Of a DNA stretch of 64,000 bases, positions 42,827 through 58,643 are shown piece after piece (the stretch's first letter is position 1; every line of letters begins with the position of its first letter). This DNA comes from Chrysomallon squamiferum (Eukaryota; Animalia; Mollusca), in NCBI GenBank assembly GCA_012295275.1, contig CM022671.1, positions 14,508,001-14,572,000 on the forward strand. The letters run 5' to 3'. The translations under genes and the position numbers were made by a program. The notes below the pieces were generated by a model, which had not been told where the DNA came from, did no database searches, and worked only from the letters and a program-made list of their open reading frames with translations.

Positions 42827-44629
42827 TAAGTGACTTTTTATTGAAAATTTAGTAATTTTACTGATTCAGTCAGAGAAAAGAGAATTCCAAAACAAAGTGT
42901 TAAAAACACGAAACAAAATAAAACACAAACAATTTGCCTTCCATTCATTATATTTTCCGTTCATTCTTTCATTACAAAATGAAAAATATATACAACACGT
43001 TACATTTTAAAATTATTTTCAAGAAATAAATTTCATCCTTTAGAGTTCCGATGATAAATGATTTATTTCACGTTCACTGGTGCAAGCGGCCTTTTTCAAG
43101 TTCAGAAGTTGTTTTCAGATTAACCAGCGTCATTCGTTTGTACACAGATGTGCCGAGCGACTCGACTCGCGCAGGTTTGGCCGAAATCCAGGTTCAGATT
43201 TGAAACTAATTACAAAACTGTTTACGTATTTGTTTACATATGTTTTGTACTGTCATACCACAGCCGGTTCAAACAATGTGTGTATAAACAGTCTCCAAAA
43301 TATTATTTATAACATCGAGAATGTAATTACTTTTTACCTACATCATTAACACACACACACACACACACACACATACATACACCAGAATATATATATGAAA
43401 TACTAAATAAACATTGGTTATATAGGCCTATATATATATATATATATATATATTATTTATTAATTTTTTTTATTAACAAAAGATGTCAGGTATATATTGT
43501 TTTATTATTGGTAGATCTGGGAGTTCTAAAAGCTAAATTATGATATATAGGACTATGTAATTAAATACTTATATAATATGTTAAAATTGTTCACATAAGC
43601 GTGGCCAGCCAGTGACATTTAGATATTTACATTTCATGGTAAAAAAGAAGGAGAAAAGAAAATTCAGTATCAGTCGCAAAGCTTTCTCGCTTTTAAATCC
43701 TGTTTTTTTTTTTTTTATCTTTTTTTAACATCTTTACGCGCACACACAAACGCACATACATATATACACGCACGCACACAAACATAAACACACGCACATG
43801 CACGCACACAAACAAACACAAACGCACACGCACGCACACACACAGACACACACTAGACCTTCTTCCAACTTTTCATCAACGGAAAAACCCCACAGAAACT
43901 GGGATACGAAAACCTGTAACTTACCTTCGGAAACATCATCATAAAACATGTTAATATTAATATTATTTCTAATAATATCGGCCTTTGAAGTGGCCAGCAC
44001 TAAGCTGTTGAGGCCGACTCTTCAAAGGACATCTCCAGCGATATAAGACGAACTCCCGAGTTCAAATCACCCTTCATAAAATTCTTTATGTTATCCCAAA
44101 AACCTGCACATGACAGAAACGGATATAGATATTTCTGTCATCGGTTCTCATAACGGTTTTGCGTTAGTTGGCATAAGAAATATATGATAGTGATAATTTG
44201 CTATTTACGAAGAAAACATCTGCACATTCGTTTAAGCCTGTGTAAAAACATGCAAAAGCCATAAGCCCGCGTATTAACTCTAGCTTGGCATGTTTGTAGT
44301 TGTCTGCGAACGAACCATAACTCTTTGGAGGTTTTCGGGTGCTGGAGTCCCTTTTTCTGGTAAACTATACAAACAATGTTCATGGTTTGTTAAATGCCAA
44401 TCTACTGTAGTGTATATCAGCGGGGAATAAAAAGGAGCATGCGATGCGAAAGCGACCGTTACAAATTGCATCGAATTAATAGTAACGTTTGTTTCTCATT
44501 AATAGCTTTACAACTGAGCTTTCTTAACGTAATTTTAGTCCATGTTACTTCTCTGTTTATTCAGTATTGGTTTTATCTCTTTAAAATTAAAACGAAGAAG
44601 TAAATTATTATGTGTAATACATTTTATTA

Positions 44630-44666
<37 letters not shown>

Positions 44667-45159
44667 ATAAATAAATAAATAAATAAATAAAAAAAGATAT
44701 CGATAATAAAATTATAATGAGAAAATATTAAGAATTAAAAAAAAAAGGTGGTGTTTTGTATTTTGTGACTTCATTTAAATTTACTATGTTTGTTGGTGTT
44801 GCTATTGTTGGTGTTTTTCTAGTTTTCTTCTTATTATTATTTACCTAGTAAATATAAATACTATCGCATAATAAATTAATGAAATAAAATAATATGTCAG
44901 TTCATTTGGAATTCTGCCATCATAATTTCAACATTGTGGCACTTACAATGTTTTATTACATATATAAAAAAATTAAAAAAGGCTACAATAAATATGCTCA
45001 TATTTACAGTCGTGAAACAGATAACGTGTTTAATCATTGATTTAATTACAATCGATATTATTGTTTAATATATCTTAACAGTTTGTAATTATTATTAACC
45101 TGATGTTTAGTCCCCAATAATATGTTTATATAAAGCTGGAGTTTATAGCTGAATTGTCA

Positions 45160-45280
45160 TATATTATATTTTAGTTTTTTTCATACATTATATTTTAGTT
45201 TTTTTCATATATTATATTTTAGTTTTTTTTCATATTATATTTTAGTTTTTTTCATATATTATATTTTGTTTTTTTCATAG
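45160..45280. repeat. Minisatellite, about 24-bp unit (atattatattttagtttttttc), 5 copies
   Basis: Seen directly. Confidence 0.85.
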
Positions 45281-46270
45281 CATTTACTGTTTATGATTTA
45301 TTGTTGCTATGTAAATGAGTAATATGTTAGGATGATAAAACAAGTAAACGTTTTAATCTGTCTGACAAATGGGATGTCTCACAAATGGGAATACACCATC
45401 AAAATATTTTTATTAGACATTTATGTACAAATAAAACTAATTTTATTAGGCTTTTGACATTTTTCTTTATCTGGGAATTCTAAAAGCTAATTTCGTGTTA
45501 AATTCTATAATGTAATTCCAGAAATTTTATTTCTCTCGACTCTACACTTTTGAGGACTGTTGAAATCTTTGAAACTTAATATTTGCACCATTGGCTTTAC
45601 CAGTTATTATTAATGTTTAGAATAGTAAAGGATGGCAACACCACTTTTTTTTCTTCTTTCTTTTCTTTCTTCTTCTCAATACTTCTCCCAATAATAATAA
45701 ACTTTGGATCATTCTAAACTTATTAGGTTATAGGCTATAAGATGTTTTAAAAACTCAAAGAAAGGTGACCCACATTTGTAATTCACCGTGAGCTGTCAGT
45801 GCCAGAGAGCAGTTTGAAAACAACGTAAGTCGGATGAGCGCGGCGATGTTTTTACAAGCTCTGACCCTTCGCGCTAGCGATTAATATACTAAGACAATGT
45901 CACTGTGCAGTCTGTTGCCAGCCCGATTGTGCCCCAATAATTTCAGTCGTTTTGGCAGACGCCATTTTAACCGCCGACCCTTCGTGTTGTGCTTCATTTC
46001 CAGTGCCAACCTTCGTGTCAAAGGTCGACGATTTATATCCGGCCTTTGCCTTGTGGTTATAAATAATGTAAAACAGGCAAACATCTAATATTAGACTGTT
46101 TGATGCGTGAATGCGTTATAGTACGAAATTCGTTTTAAACAATTATTAAATCAATGTAATTTATTAAAGTGTCGGTTTATATTGTTGTTTAAAAAGAATA
46201 TTTAGATCAACGCGTGCATTTCATGTGACTTCTGTAAAAATGTTGTCACCGCATAGAATATCATTATTAG

Positions 46271-46303
<33 letters not shown>

Positions 46304-46534
46304 TATCATCATCATTATCAGGTCTATCCTTTTCTTCTTCTTCTTCCTCTTCTTCTTCTTCTTCTTATAATAATTATTTTTTATTGTTGTTGTTGTTATT
46401 ATTATTTTTTTTTTATCAAACTTTATTAATATAAAAAGATAAAGGTGATGTTCAAAATGAAACAGTATTCGTTATAAAAATATTCAAAAGTGATAAACTT
46501 ATCGCATAAATACATATTCACAGATATATTTCAT

Positions 46535-46628
<94 letters not shown>

Positions 46629-46990
46629 AACACACACACACACAAAACAGACATACATATACATAAATACATAATCACAGAAATATTTCATATTTCATGT
46701 TACCTATAGTAAGCAGATAACATTCACACATAAACAATAGTATGTGATTCGCAATGAACAAAACTAACTGTTACATAAAATTAATAAATTGGGAGAGAAA
46801 AGTTTTACTTATTCATTATTTAGTCTTAAATAAATATCATTATTTTTTTATTTAGAAGCAAAGTATAGTGAAATTATACTATACTAAAATGTTATAAACA
46901 GACAGGAATATTTGCAGAATTAAAAGTCAAAACTTTAGTAATAATTTGATAACTGTATTCATAAAATGTTTTTCTCAATTTTTATTATTT

Positions 46991-47047
<57 letters not shown>

Positions 47048-47098
47048 TGTATTATTATTTTATTTTATTTTTTATTTTTATTTTTGTTTTTTCATCAT

Positions 47099-47156
<58 letters not shown>

Positions 47157-49033
47157 AATTTTTTTTTTTTTTTTTTCTCTATGAAACTTCAATACTAGGC
47201 ACAGTATGAAACAAAAATAAAAACAAAGTAAAAGTAACAGTTTCAGCATCCCTTGGTCGTTACTGTGCTGAGAACGAATCGTTCTAGCGGCAGACAGCTG
47301 TCATCGACTCCTGCGAGGCAGAGCGTCCATTAGCTTCCTCTCACGACACTCGTTCGACTGGTGCCCGTAACAAATGGCGTGTTGAAAGAGTCCGCTGCAA
47401 ACGATTTTAACAAAGGCACCGGCACCAGTGTTCTCATCAAACACAGCACGAGAGAACACGGTCATTTCTCGTTTGTGAAACACAGACACAAGAAATTAAT
47501 AAAGGGTAGACAGACTGATCGTAGCAAACGTTGTAACTGTCATGAGTTGTAGTTGTAGTAGTAGTAGTAGTAGTAATAGTAACAGTAGTAGTAATAGTAG
47601 TAACAGTAGTAGTAATAGTAGTAGTAGTAATAGTAGTAATAGTAATAGTAGTAATTGTAGTACTAATAGTAGTTGTAGTAGTAGCAGTTGTAGTAGTAGT
47701 AGAAGTAGTAGTGGAAAGGTAGTAGTAATATCATTAGTAGTAGAAGTTGTAGTACTAGTAGAAGGAAATTATTGGTAATAGTAGAGGTTGTAGTAGTGGT
47801 AGTAGTAGCAGTACTAGTTGTCGAAAAGTATTAGTAAAATAGTAATTGCAAAAATGATAGTATGTACTAGTAGTAAAAGTACTAACTGAACTAGTAGTAG
47901 TAGTAGTAGTAGAAGTACTGGTGGTGGTGGTGCTACTGATAGTAGTATAAATAACAGTTGTGGTAGTTGTGGTGGTGCTGCTGATAGTAGTATAAATAAT
48001 AGCTGTGGTGGTGCTGTAGGAGTGTCGCTGTTATTAGTAATTGTTATCTGGAATTTCTGCGGGTTGTGCTTGGGTTTCTGGTTTTCATTGCAATCATTTC
48101 ATTTTTTTTTTTTTTTTCAAGTCGTTGAGTTAACACGTCTTTAACAGTGAGATTTTGTGTTGTGTTACTCTGGATGATGATCAAGTCTGATGAACTGTTA
48201 ATGTTAGCATGTTGAAGCTGCAATTCGCGATGCGCCTAATTTCTAGTACTTCGTAGCGAATGGCGTTGACTGGTTCGTGAAGCTCTTTGTCAGCACTTAG
48301 CGAACTTCGACACGTCATCATAGACTGTTACTTCAACGACCAGCGTAATAAATGTTACGTTTTAGTTTCACAGATTTTTTTTTTACATATCTGCTGTGTA
48401 GAAAGAAAGAAATTTTTAAAAAATATTTTATTTTATTTTATTTTATTTTATATATATATAAAATTAAATTTACTGATTAATTTGTTTTATTTATTTATTT
48501 ATTTATTTATTTATTATTATTATTATTATTGTTATTATTATTATTATTATCGTTTGTTGTTGTTGTTGTTATTATTAGTAGTAGTTTTTTCATTGTTGCT
48601 TAGCGTAAGTATTTCGGTTTTAGATTTTATTTATCTCTCACAGTATCTGTTATTTGAGGGTTGTAATTATGTATATTTTTTATTATATAATATAATGAAC
48701 GACTGAAGAATTGAATAAATTAAATTAAATTTTAAATTAATTAAATAAATAAATACAGACGATTTATTGATCTAAATTAATCTAAATTAGCACTGAAAAT
48801 ATGTTAAGTAATAAAATATATCTATATATATGTTCTATAAGATTATATCTAAATATTATGATTTACAACAATTAATGTATATTAAGGGAAAATGCATCAG
48901 TTAAAACCATCCCTTTGCATTAATATATTTACAATTATCTCTGAAATGTTCGTTACCAAAAGGCATAATATAAATATGACGTCAAAATGTTTATTCTATT
49001 TAGTATTTGTAATATTATTTCCTTCTTCGTCTT

Positions 49034-49099
<66 letters not shown>

Positions 49100-49224
49100 T
49101 CATTATATAAAAATGTGAGTGAGGGTTTTATTTTTTTTAAATTTGAATGATTAAGTCAATATTTGTTTTTTAATTTCCACTTTTTCATATTTAATTATTT
49201 ATTTGCTATAGACACAATCATGTT

Positions 49225-49333
<109 letters not shown>

Positions 49334-50445
49334 GCAGTCGAAATGTATGTATTTTTTCTCTTCTTCTTTCTGTCTTCTTCAGGTTCATCTTGTAAGATAA
49401 TAAGCGCTGTTTTACAAACCTGTGGTTACAGTTAACTGTGAACGACCGCAAACTGCTGCAGTCTCCATTAAGCAAGAATTTCCTAAACGGCAAAATGGCG
49501 TGTGTCAAATAGACACGTGACGTTTATATGGCGGGATGGTGGCAAACTATGCGAAATGACCATTAGGGAATTTTTCTGACTGTTTAAATTAGGAGAGTTT
49601 CGCGAACTTGAGCAAAACGTTTTAGCTGTCAATAAAAATCGTTTTCCGTTTAAATGAAGAACATTTAAAACTCAAACAAAGCGAAAGAGTGATAAACTCG
49701 AATTTTAATTTCATTTAACTTAGATTAAACTGCACGATACTACAATATAATTTTACTATAGATTATTAAATAAATTACATATTTCTTACATTATCAGTAG
49801 AAACCTTGTGAGGTGCCATTATATACATCTTTCCAGTGGAACCGTTTTGTAACAATACTTTAAAAACTTTAGGTATGTGTGGTAAAAATATTAGGTATGT
49901 GTGAATGTTGAAATCAGATTTGAAGAAGAATCTTCTTTTTAAATAATCTTCAGTTCAGTAACAATACAGTGAATCACGAAAAGTTAGTCAAGAGAAAAAC
50001 AAAAATTTTTTAGTTGACGTAATCCAGTATTTTGAAAAGCAAAAAGTTATAAATTTATTTATTTTATTTTATTTTATATTTTTTTTTTATATTTGTTGTT
50101 TTTGTTTTTTTTTTCAAAAGCATTTTACCATATATATAAACATTTTTTTTTTTTAATTATTATTATACGGATTCGACTTAACAAGTTTCTGAAATAACTA
50201 GTGAAAGACAAAGCCACAAATTATCATCTTTCATTCAAATTAAACTTTATTTATGCTAAAAATAACATATAATTCATGTAATGTATTGTTAACGGGACTC
50301 TTGTTAATCGGTTCAAACAACCTCATCATCAACAACAGCAACAGCAACAACTACTGCTACAACTGCTATTGCTATAATAATTATTACAATAACAGCAACA
50401 ACAACAACACAAACATCAGCAACAGCAACAATAACAATAAGTGTG

Positions 50446-50500
<55 letters not shown>

Positions 50501-50523
50501 TAATAATAATAATAATAATAATG

Positions 50524-50629
<106 letters not shown>

Positions 50630-51349
50630 CATTGGCTAAATTCGATATTACGCCTCGCCAGGTGACATTTTATGCATGACACGTGACCTCAGAGTGCATG
50701 TGCAACACATTTGTTTAAGTACAGATCTGTTTTCTGAAATAACATTGTTCTCAACACAACAGAAATCATCCTGGTCATTTTTACTTTTGTTGGGTGGGTA
50801 TAGCAATTGTTTCGTACGACCTTCTTTTTTTTAAGAAAAAGAAATATTAATTGAAATAACAAAATAAAATAATATAAAATAAAATAAAATAATGAATGAA
50901 TAAAAAATAATTATGAAATGAAATAAATTGAAAAATCAAAAAATTAACGTTTGTAAAAATATTTTGATTTTTTTTGTTTATCGTATTAATTACTTATTAT
51001 AGTATTTAAATTATAATTTTATCACTTTTTAATAGAATACTATACAAGAAAAAAGATAAAAAAAACTAACTAACTAATGAACTAACTAATGCACTAATAA
51101 AGAAAGAAAGAAAGAAAAATGAAAAGAAGAAAATTATATGATATTATACACCATGAAAAGAAAAAAGGGGGAAAAAAATAAGAAAATGACAAATGCTTCA
51201 GACTACAAGTAAAAGAACATTTCAGTTTTATAGCTTTATTAATTTAATATCAATTTAACAGTAGATAAAACTTTGTTACAGAGCGATTTGATATACATTT
51301 CTAAAATACCGTGCTTCTGTTGTTTTTTTGTTTTTTCTAACACTTCCAG

Positions 51350-51401
<52 letters not shown>

Positions 51402-51964
51402 TTATTTTTATTTGTTTACCGTATTAATTACTTATTACCCCTGTCTAATTTGATAATTACTACTAAAATCTTCATAAAATAAATCGCCAATTTTTGGCGC
51501 GTACCTTGTTCCATTAATAATGTTTGAAGCGGTATTTTATTGACCTCACAGCCTTTTCCTCGTTTTAACAAAATCAGTAATTCACTGTAAACATCGAATT
51601 AAGTTTACCCACGCACAAAACAAGGCTTCATCAAAGCCGTTCGACTCAGAAAGAATTCAAGATCAAAGAAATGGCAGGTTTGATATTTTCTCACTGGACA
51701 AATAGTGAATAAAAACTGTGGAGTGAGATCCAACATTTAACTATTTATGTTGTAACTCACACAAAGTCAGACGCCCGCACACTTCCGGTCGTGGTACTGG
51801 TTACTCGTCAGTTTGAACAGTGGGGAAAAGAAAAGAAAAGAAACGAAACGAAGACAAGAAAACCCCAAAGACGTACTACAACTACTACTGCTGCTACTAC
51901 TGGTACTATTACTGTTAATAAACAAATAAACAAACAAGTAAATAAATAAATAATTAATTAATTA

Positions 51965-52019
<55 letters not shown>

Positions 52020-53236
52020 TAAATAAATAAAAATAAATAAATAAATAAGTCAAATTATTATCTGAATAAAATTCCTTCGAAAAATAAACGAAATGAAAAT
52101 AGTTTAAACCAGGCACCACACAAATGTCACCATACATTCCACATTAAGAAAAGGAAAAGCGACCATGTTTACATCATACTTTTCATATTCAGTCCACTGT
52201 TCATAAAAGCAAGTTCAGTCAACTGTTTACAGTAAGATTAAGTAAAGAAAGCCACGTTACAAAGAAGAGAAAATTTGATCTAAATCTGTTCAAAAAATAA
52301 ATAAATAAAATAGATTACAGTAGTTCAGTATTAAAAAATTATCATCTATTCAACATGTTCTAACCAAAACAAAATAAATAAGGAATTACTGACTCTATAA
52401 TTACAATAATCTTTTCATGTGAATTAAAAATATATGAAAGAAAAAGAAAAGAAACATTAATAAAAACACAACAAAATCAAAATAAATGTTATGTGTGTTG
52501 AAATAACGAAACTTTAAATTAAAATATTATTATAAAGTGATTTCTGGCTATCTTTAAAAATTATTTTACTGATGCGAAATAAATTTTCAATAATTTATTT
52601 ATTAATTTATTTTAATTAATTAATTAATTTATTTATTTATTTTTTTTTTTAATTTATTTTTAATTTTATTTTTATTTATTTATTTATTTTTTATTATTTT
52701 ATTTCATTTCATTTTATATTTTATTTTAACTATTGTTTATTTTATTTTTTATTTTATTTTATTTATTTATTTATTTATTTATTTAATAACTAATTTTAAA
52801 CTGGGCACTGTAATCAGCTGTTGAATCTGTACTCTCGGACACACATACACTACTTTTTTTTAAATATATATATATATGTATATGTATGTATTTTTTTGCC
52901 AGTCTGGTGTTTATGGACTGCATAAAACAAACAAACGTGTCCTCTGATTCACCTGCCTTTCCCGTAGCAGCAGCTGTGAGGTCTCAAAACATGTTACATC
53001 ATTTTTACACTGTTGCCAAATTATTCAGAGGTGCATGACCGCGTCAAATCAGTACAGATATCCTAGCCCTAAATGTTTATCAATATTTCAAAACTCGGGA
53101 GTAAATTCTACTCCTCATTAAGTCAGTAGATTCGAAGTACTGTTAGTGATAATTGATCGAGTAATGTATTTTTTTTTTTTTGATATATTAGCAATGAAAT
53201 TCGATTCAGTGTTACTTGTTGATAAACAAAATTAAT

Positions 53237-53465
53237 TTTGTAATGATTTGCGGTGCACGCAAACTGTCAACGGTCAAAATTGATGTGAGCACAATGTCAA
53301 TGGTCAGTTTAATAAAATCATGATTTAAAGGTTCGTGTTTAATACAGTTTCAAACCACCGGTCAAATTCTCAACCAGAAGTAGTTTCTTTTGAGACATTT
53401 CTGACTTGTAATGACAGTTAGATATTACCGTTTTGACCGAGGTACCTCATTAACGATAGAAAAAA
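53237..53465 (+). mobile_element. MITE-like repeat copy A (inverted relative to copy B)
   Basis: Aligns by eye along its whole length to the reverse complement of about 54305-54545 (caaactgtcaacggtcaaaat, tttaaaggttc, ggtcaaa.tctcaac, accgaggtac.tcatta). Confidence 0.75.
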
Positions 53466-53953
53466 TTATTTATTTATTTCATTTATCTTAAAAAAAAAAA
53501 AAAAAAAAATGTACTTCTTTGTTTATTTGTATTTATTTTATTGTGGTAGTAGCAGCAGTTGTTGTCGTCGTCTGTGAATAATTAAGAAAAAGATTTAAAG
53601 TGACTGGTGAGTGGCCCAGACGGGCCGGGGTGACTAGCAGATGGGTTGTTTCCTCGGTGGAATATCAAGATAAATGTTCAGCGGTTTACAGCTCCCGGCG
53701 GAGACGGTAAAGCGTCTGATACCACAGCACTGCGCGGTACACTCCTAATTAATTATCTCTCGTGTACACTTGTAAATAAACACAGCAACCAAAAGTAAGT
53801 CTCAATCTTTTCTTTTCTTTGTCATTTCGTTTTTTTTTTTTTTTTTTTTTTCTTCTCGTTAATTAAATGTCATTGCATCGATTATTATTATAATGTGAAA
53901 TAGTTTGATGTCTATTAAGAAGAATACGTTACATGTATGAGAGAGACAAAGAG

Positions 53954-54115
<162 letters not shown>

Positions 54116-54249
54116 CTTTTTTTAGTTTTTTGCGGTTTTAAAACAAGAAAAAAGAAAGAAAAATAAACAGCTCACAATTTTTATTTTGTCCAGAGTAATA
54201 TGAATAAGATAACTTATGGGATGCAAACATACATCATCGAGCACAGTTT

Positions 54250-54545
54250 CAGTGGTCAAAATTGTCAATGATCAAAATAATAATGAACAAACAGTCAAAA
54301 GTTAAAATGTCTACCGATAATGAAGTACCTCGGTGAAAATGCTAATCTCTAAATGTCATTAAAAGCCCCAAATGGCTCAAAAAGAACTATTTCAGGCCTG
54401 TTGAGATTTTGACCGTTCATTTCAAACTATAATGCTTTAAACAAGAACCTTTAAAACACGATATTATTAAACAACAGACCGTTGACATTTTGCTCAACCG
54501 ATATTTTGACCGTTGACAGTTTGTGTGCATCGCGAATATTTTAAA
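54250..54545 (-). mobile_element. MITE-like repeat copy B
   Basis: Inverted homologue of 53237-53465. It also has its own inverted ends (ggtcaaaattgtcaa ... attttgaccgttgaca). Confidence 0.7.
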
Positions 54546-55784
54546 ACGTCTTACAAAAAAATTATTGTCTACACTTTTGTCTATTTAGACAATATAGTGG
54601 CACTGATTTTTATCTTCTTCTTCTCTTCTTTCGTTTGCTTCACACCTGCCTTCACAACGGAACAACTCACTATATCGTGTCCTCCACAACGATTTCCCGT
54701 TATCTCACAAAACCAGCATTTAGCTGTTTTCATATCATACGGCGGTAATGCAGAGCGACAACAAGTATAAACGGACTAGGTTCACTCTGATAAAAAGGTT
54801 TTGATTGAGCTCTTGGTGTCAGAAGTGCTCACAAAAAGGCCATCAAACAGAAATAAGATCTTGTAACTCGCTGTTTAGTTCACGTAGCAAAGAATGTAAA
54901 GAAAAAAAAATATATATATATATATATAAAAAAAAAAGTGGCGTAAAATATTGATGACGTTTGGGAATACGTAATGTAATATAACATAATATAGTATAAT
55001 ATAATAATAATAATATAACATATTGTAATACAAAATAACAACTGAACACTGTAATGAATCGTAATACATTAATCAGTTGCAGACAAAAATTAGTGTCAAC
55101 GGTTACAGTGTCAACGGAAAAAATGTCATCGCTTAAAACATCAGCTACTGAAATGGTAGAAGCTACAAATGGAAAACTATATAAACACACACACACACAC
55201 AAACACATACATACACACACACACACACTCACACACACAGAAGGATATGAAAATATAAATTAGTATACCAGAATTGTATACTGCGAAAAATACAATCATT
55301 TACGCAGAATATGCTTATCACATTTCCACCTTTATTATTATTATTATTATTATTATAATTATTATTATTATTAATTTATTTATTTATTTATTTATTTTAT
55401 TTTATTTTATTTTGTTTTATTTTATTCTATACTATTTAATTTCTTATTGTTTCTTTTTTTTAATTTGTTTTTATTATTATTTTTATTTTTTTTTTATAAT
55501 GAAATTAGTGAAATGTTTATTACACGTGAAAACGAAAGATAAATGCTGAATTGTGTAACTATGAAACAGACCAAGGACAGACAGACTAAACGTAAATGAT
55601 TATTTTTTTGTCTGTTAGACTACAAAATCGAGTAATGAAATCAAATATGTTAATATATTTCACTAAAGATTCAAAAATAGGAAATATTAGCCATAAATTT
55701 TAAACTGGTAAATTTTTAAATTAAAATCTGAATTTTTAATTTATGTACCTGTACATTTTTCACACGTTGAAATAGTCTTCATAC

Positions 55785-55840
<56 letters not shown>

Positions 55841-56406
55841 TGATGTTTTTTTTTTTTTTTTTTTGTTACAGCTGTTGTTATTATTGCTGCTGCTGTTGTT
55901 GTTAATATTAATGTTATGAATGAAAGGTTGATGAAAGTCACAGGACAAATGATAGAAGTGCGCATATGATGAAAAAACAAGAAAAATGAAAAATAAATAA
56001 ATAAATAATTTAAGAAAAAGAAGAACTGACTGCTATACATACAAATATATAAATATATATATATATATATATAAGACAGTTGTACGTTTAAACGTTATTA
56101 AAAGCTACAGAAAGGAGGACTGGGCGATCTCTGCACTGAACAAATGAGAATATTTATCTTGCTAAGTTGTCATTTTTTATCACTCTCCAGCTGAGTGAAA
56201 ACACGCAACCTTAATTCAATTCAAACTTGTCATCGTATTATCGAGCGTCCTGCTGGGCAAAGGGTTAAAGTATTGGAAACAATTTGGTGTCGAGTAGCAG
56301 GCTGAATGTAAACCTGTTTAAAAGTGTTAAAATAATCTGAACTGAACGGAGCAAGACAGGCCGTGTGTTCAGATAATGGGAGACACTTAAAATATTTATA
56401 AATCTA

Positions 56407-56440
<34 letters not shown>

Positions 56441-56547
56441 GTAGGGAAATTTAAAAAAAGATGAACAACAAAGAAAGGAACGCAACTATGAAAACTAAAA
56501 ACAAATAATAATAGTAACAATGAAAACTAAAAATAAATAATAATAAC

Positions 56548-56590
<43 letters not shown>

Positions 56591-56768
56591 TGAAGAAGAA
56601 GATGAAAAAAAAAAAGACAAGTCCATATAATATTCAGTTATTTGAATACAGCTAAAATATATAAATGTGTGTAAATATTTATAAATCCGTGGATTGTTTT
56701 AGTGTGGGGTAATTTTAAAAAATATGCCACTAACAAAGAGAGGAACAATACTGTAAAAACTAAAAATA

Positions 56769-56811
<43 letters not shown>

Positions 56812-57913
56812 TGAAGAAGAAGATGGAGATGAAAAATACAGGCCGTGAAGAAAACGACAGATAAAATGTAATGTGTGTGTGTGTGTGTGATATATATAAA
56901 TTTAAATGTGGGGAAAATTTTAGAAATATACAATAAAGGAAAAAACATAGCTGTAAAAACTAAGAATAATTAATATTAATAATAATAATAATATAATAAT
57001 AACATGAAGAAAAAGAATAGATAGGAGTGAGGAGCGGTAAAGGAATAAGATACAGAAGGACAACAATAATAACGTGAATGGAATTAACAGAATAAATTAA
57101 TAAAAGTATTCACTTAGTTGATTGCAAAATAAGTAGTTTTATTTGTAATAAAATAACATGAACGAATATATAATTTCTAACACATGGAATTAAGCTTTCA
57201 ACATCAAACATAAATACGGTTTAATCTACAACACTGTCTGGCACTGCAATAAAACTGAAACTGTATCCTATTAAAAAAACAAAAAAAACCCACTTCAATT
57301 CCATTTCGCTTGATCCCTGTACGGTTATACCATGTTGAGTACGCTGGTTTGCTTCATCTGTTTGCTGATCTTTTCTGGTTATAATCAAAAAAAAATAAAA
57401 AAATCAAGCAAGCAACTAAAATGTTCAGCTTTAGATGGTGTTGTTCTTTTTCATTCGTAACTAAAAGAGAAAAGCCCGATTATTAACGGTAAGACCTAAT
57501 TAACTGGTTAACTGGGTTACAACCACGTGGGGATGTGTTCACGTCTTTGTTTGTTGAGTAAGACACGGGTCTGTCATCGTGTCACGGATGACACTCTTCA
57601 GGTCTGAAGGAATCTTACTCGTGTTAATTATTCTTGACTCTCCTGTCTGGAGAGATAAAAAATTTAGCTCTTTGCGGTCACATGGGTAAGACCCTGTGGA
57701 CTACGTTTGACGTTTTGCTAAACGAAGGTTTATGTTTTAATGTTAAACTGATTATTTTAAAATCTGCTGTTAAGATAAGAATAAAAATTGTTGTGTATGG
57801 GTGTTATCGCTTAAAACTGATATATTACGTATTTTGACCACGTCACGGTATATCTTACTTGTCCATTCATAGCTTATCATAGTTTGTTAGGTTTACTGAG
57901 TCAAGATACTGAA

Positions 57914-57957
<44 letters not shown>

Positions 57958-58605
57958 GATCAACTATAATAAAAATTAAAGCTATTATTATTACATGTAT
58001 GTGTGTATGTGTGTATGTATGTATGTATGTATTATTATTATTACTGTTGTTTTTGTTGTTTTATGATAGTAAAATCTGGAATGATAACTGATAATAACGA
58101 TGCGTCTGATCGTGATAATTGTGATGATGAAAGGCAAATCAGAATTAGACTAAGACTACTGTATGCGCTCATATTCAGCGTTTTTCATTTTTCCACATTT
58201 ATTTTTTTTCACTTGTTCTCCTCTGTTCAGCCATAACGATTAATCACGTTTTCTGCACACAGAAGAAAACAGAAGTTGTGTTGAGTGAAGACGTCATGCA
58301 AATTGTCTGCAGGAACTTTCAATGATTTTTCATTGTGACAGTCTACAAACTTGAAATGCTCCCGATGTCGGTTTCAAAGACATTACTTGTCGTGTTGGGC
58401 CATGTAGAATCACATATTTCACGCGCGGAGTCATCCTAATTGGCTCTCCCGAAATTTATTGTTCCGTTTCATTTCAAACAATATGTTTTACTACTTTATT
58501 ATTCCTGCGTACGGCGGCGAGTCAAGTGTTACACTAGACCGTCAGAATGTTTGTACAATAGCTGGATCGACTGGTTTTAATATTCAGTTGTTATCAGTCG
58601 TATTA

Positions 58606-58643
<38 letters not shown>

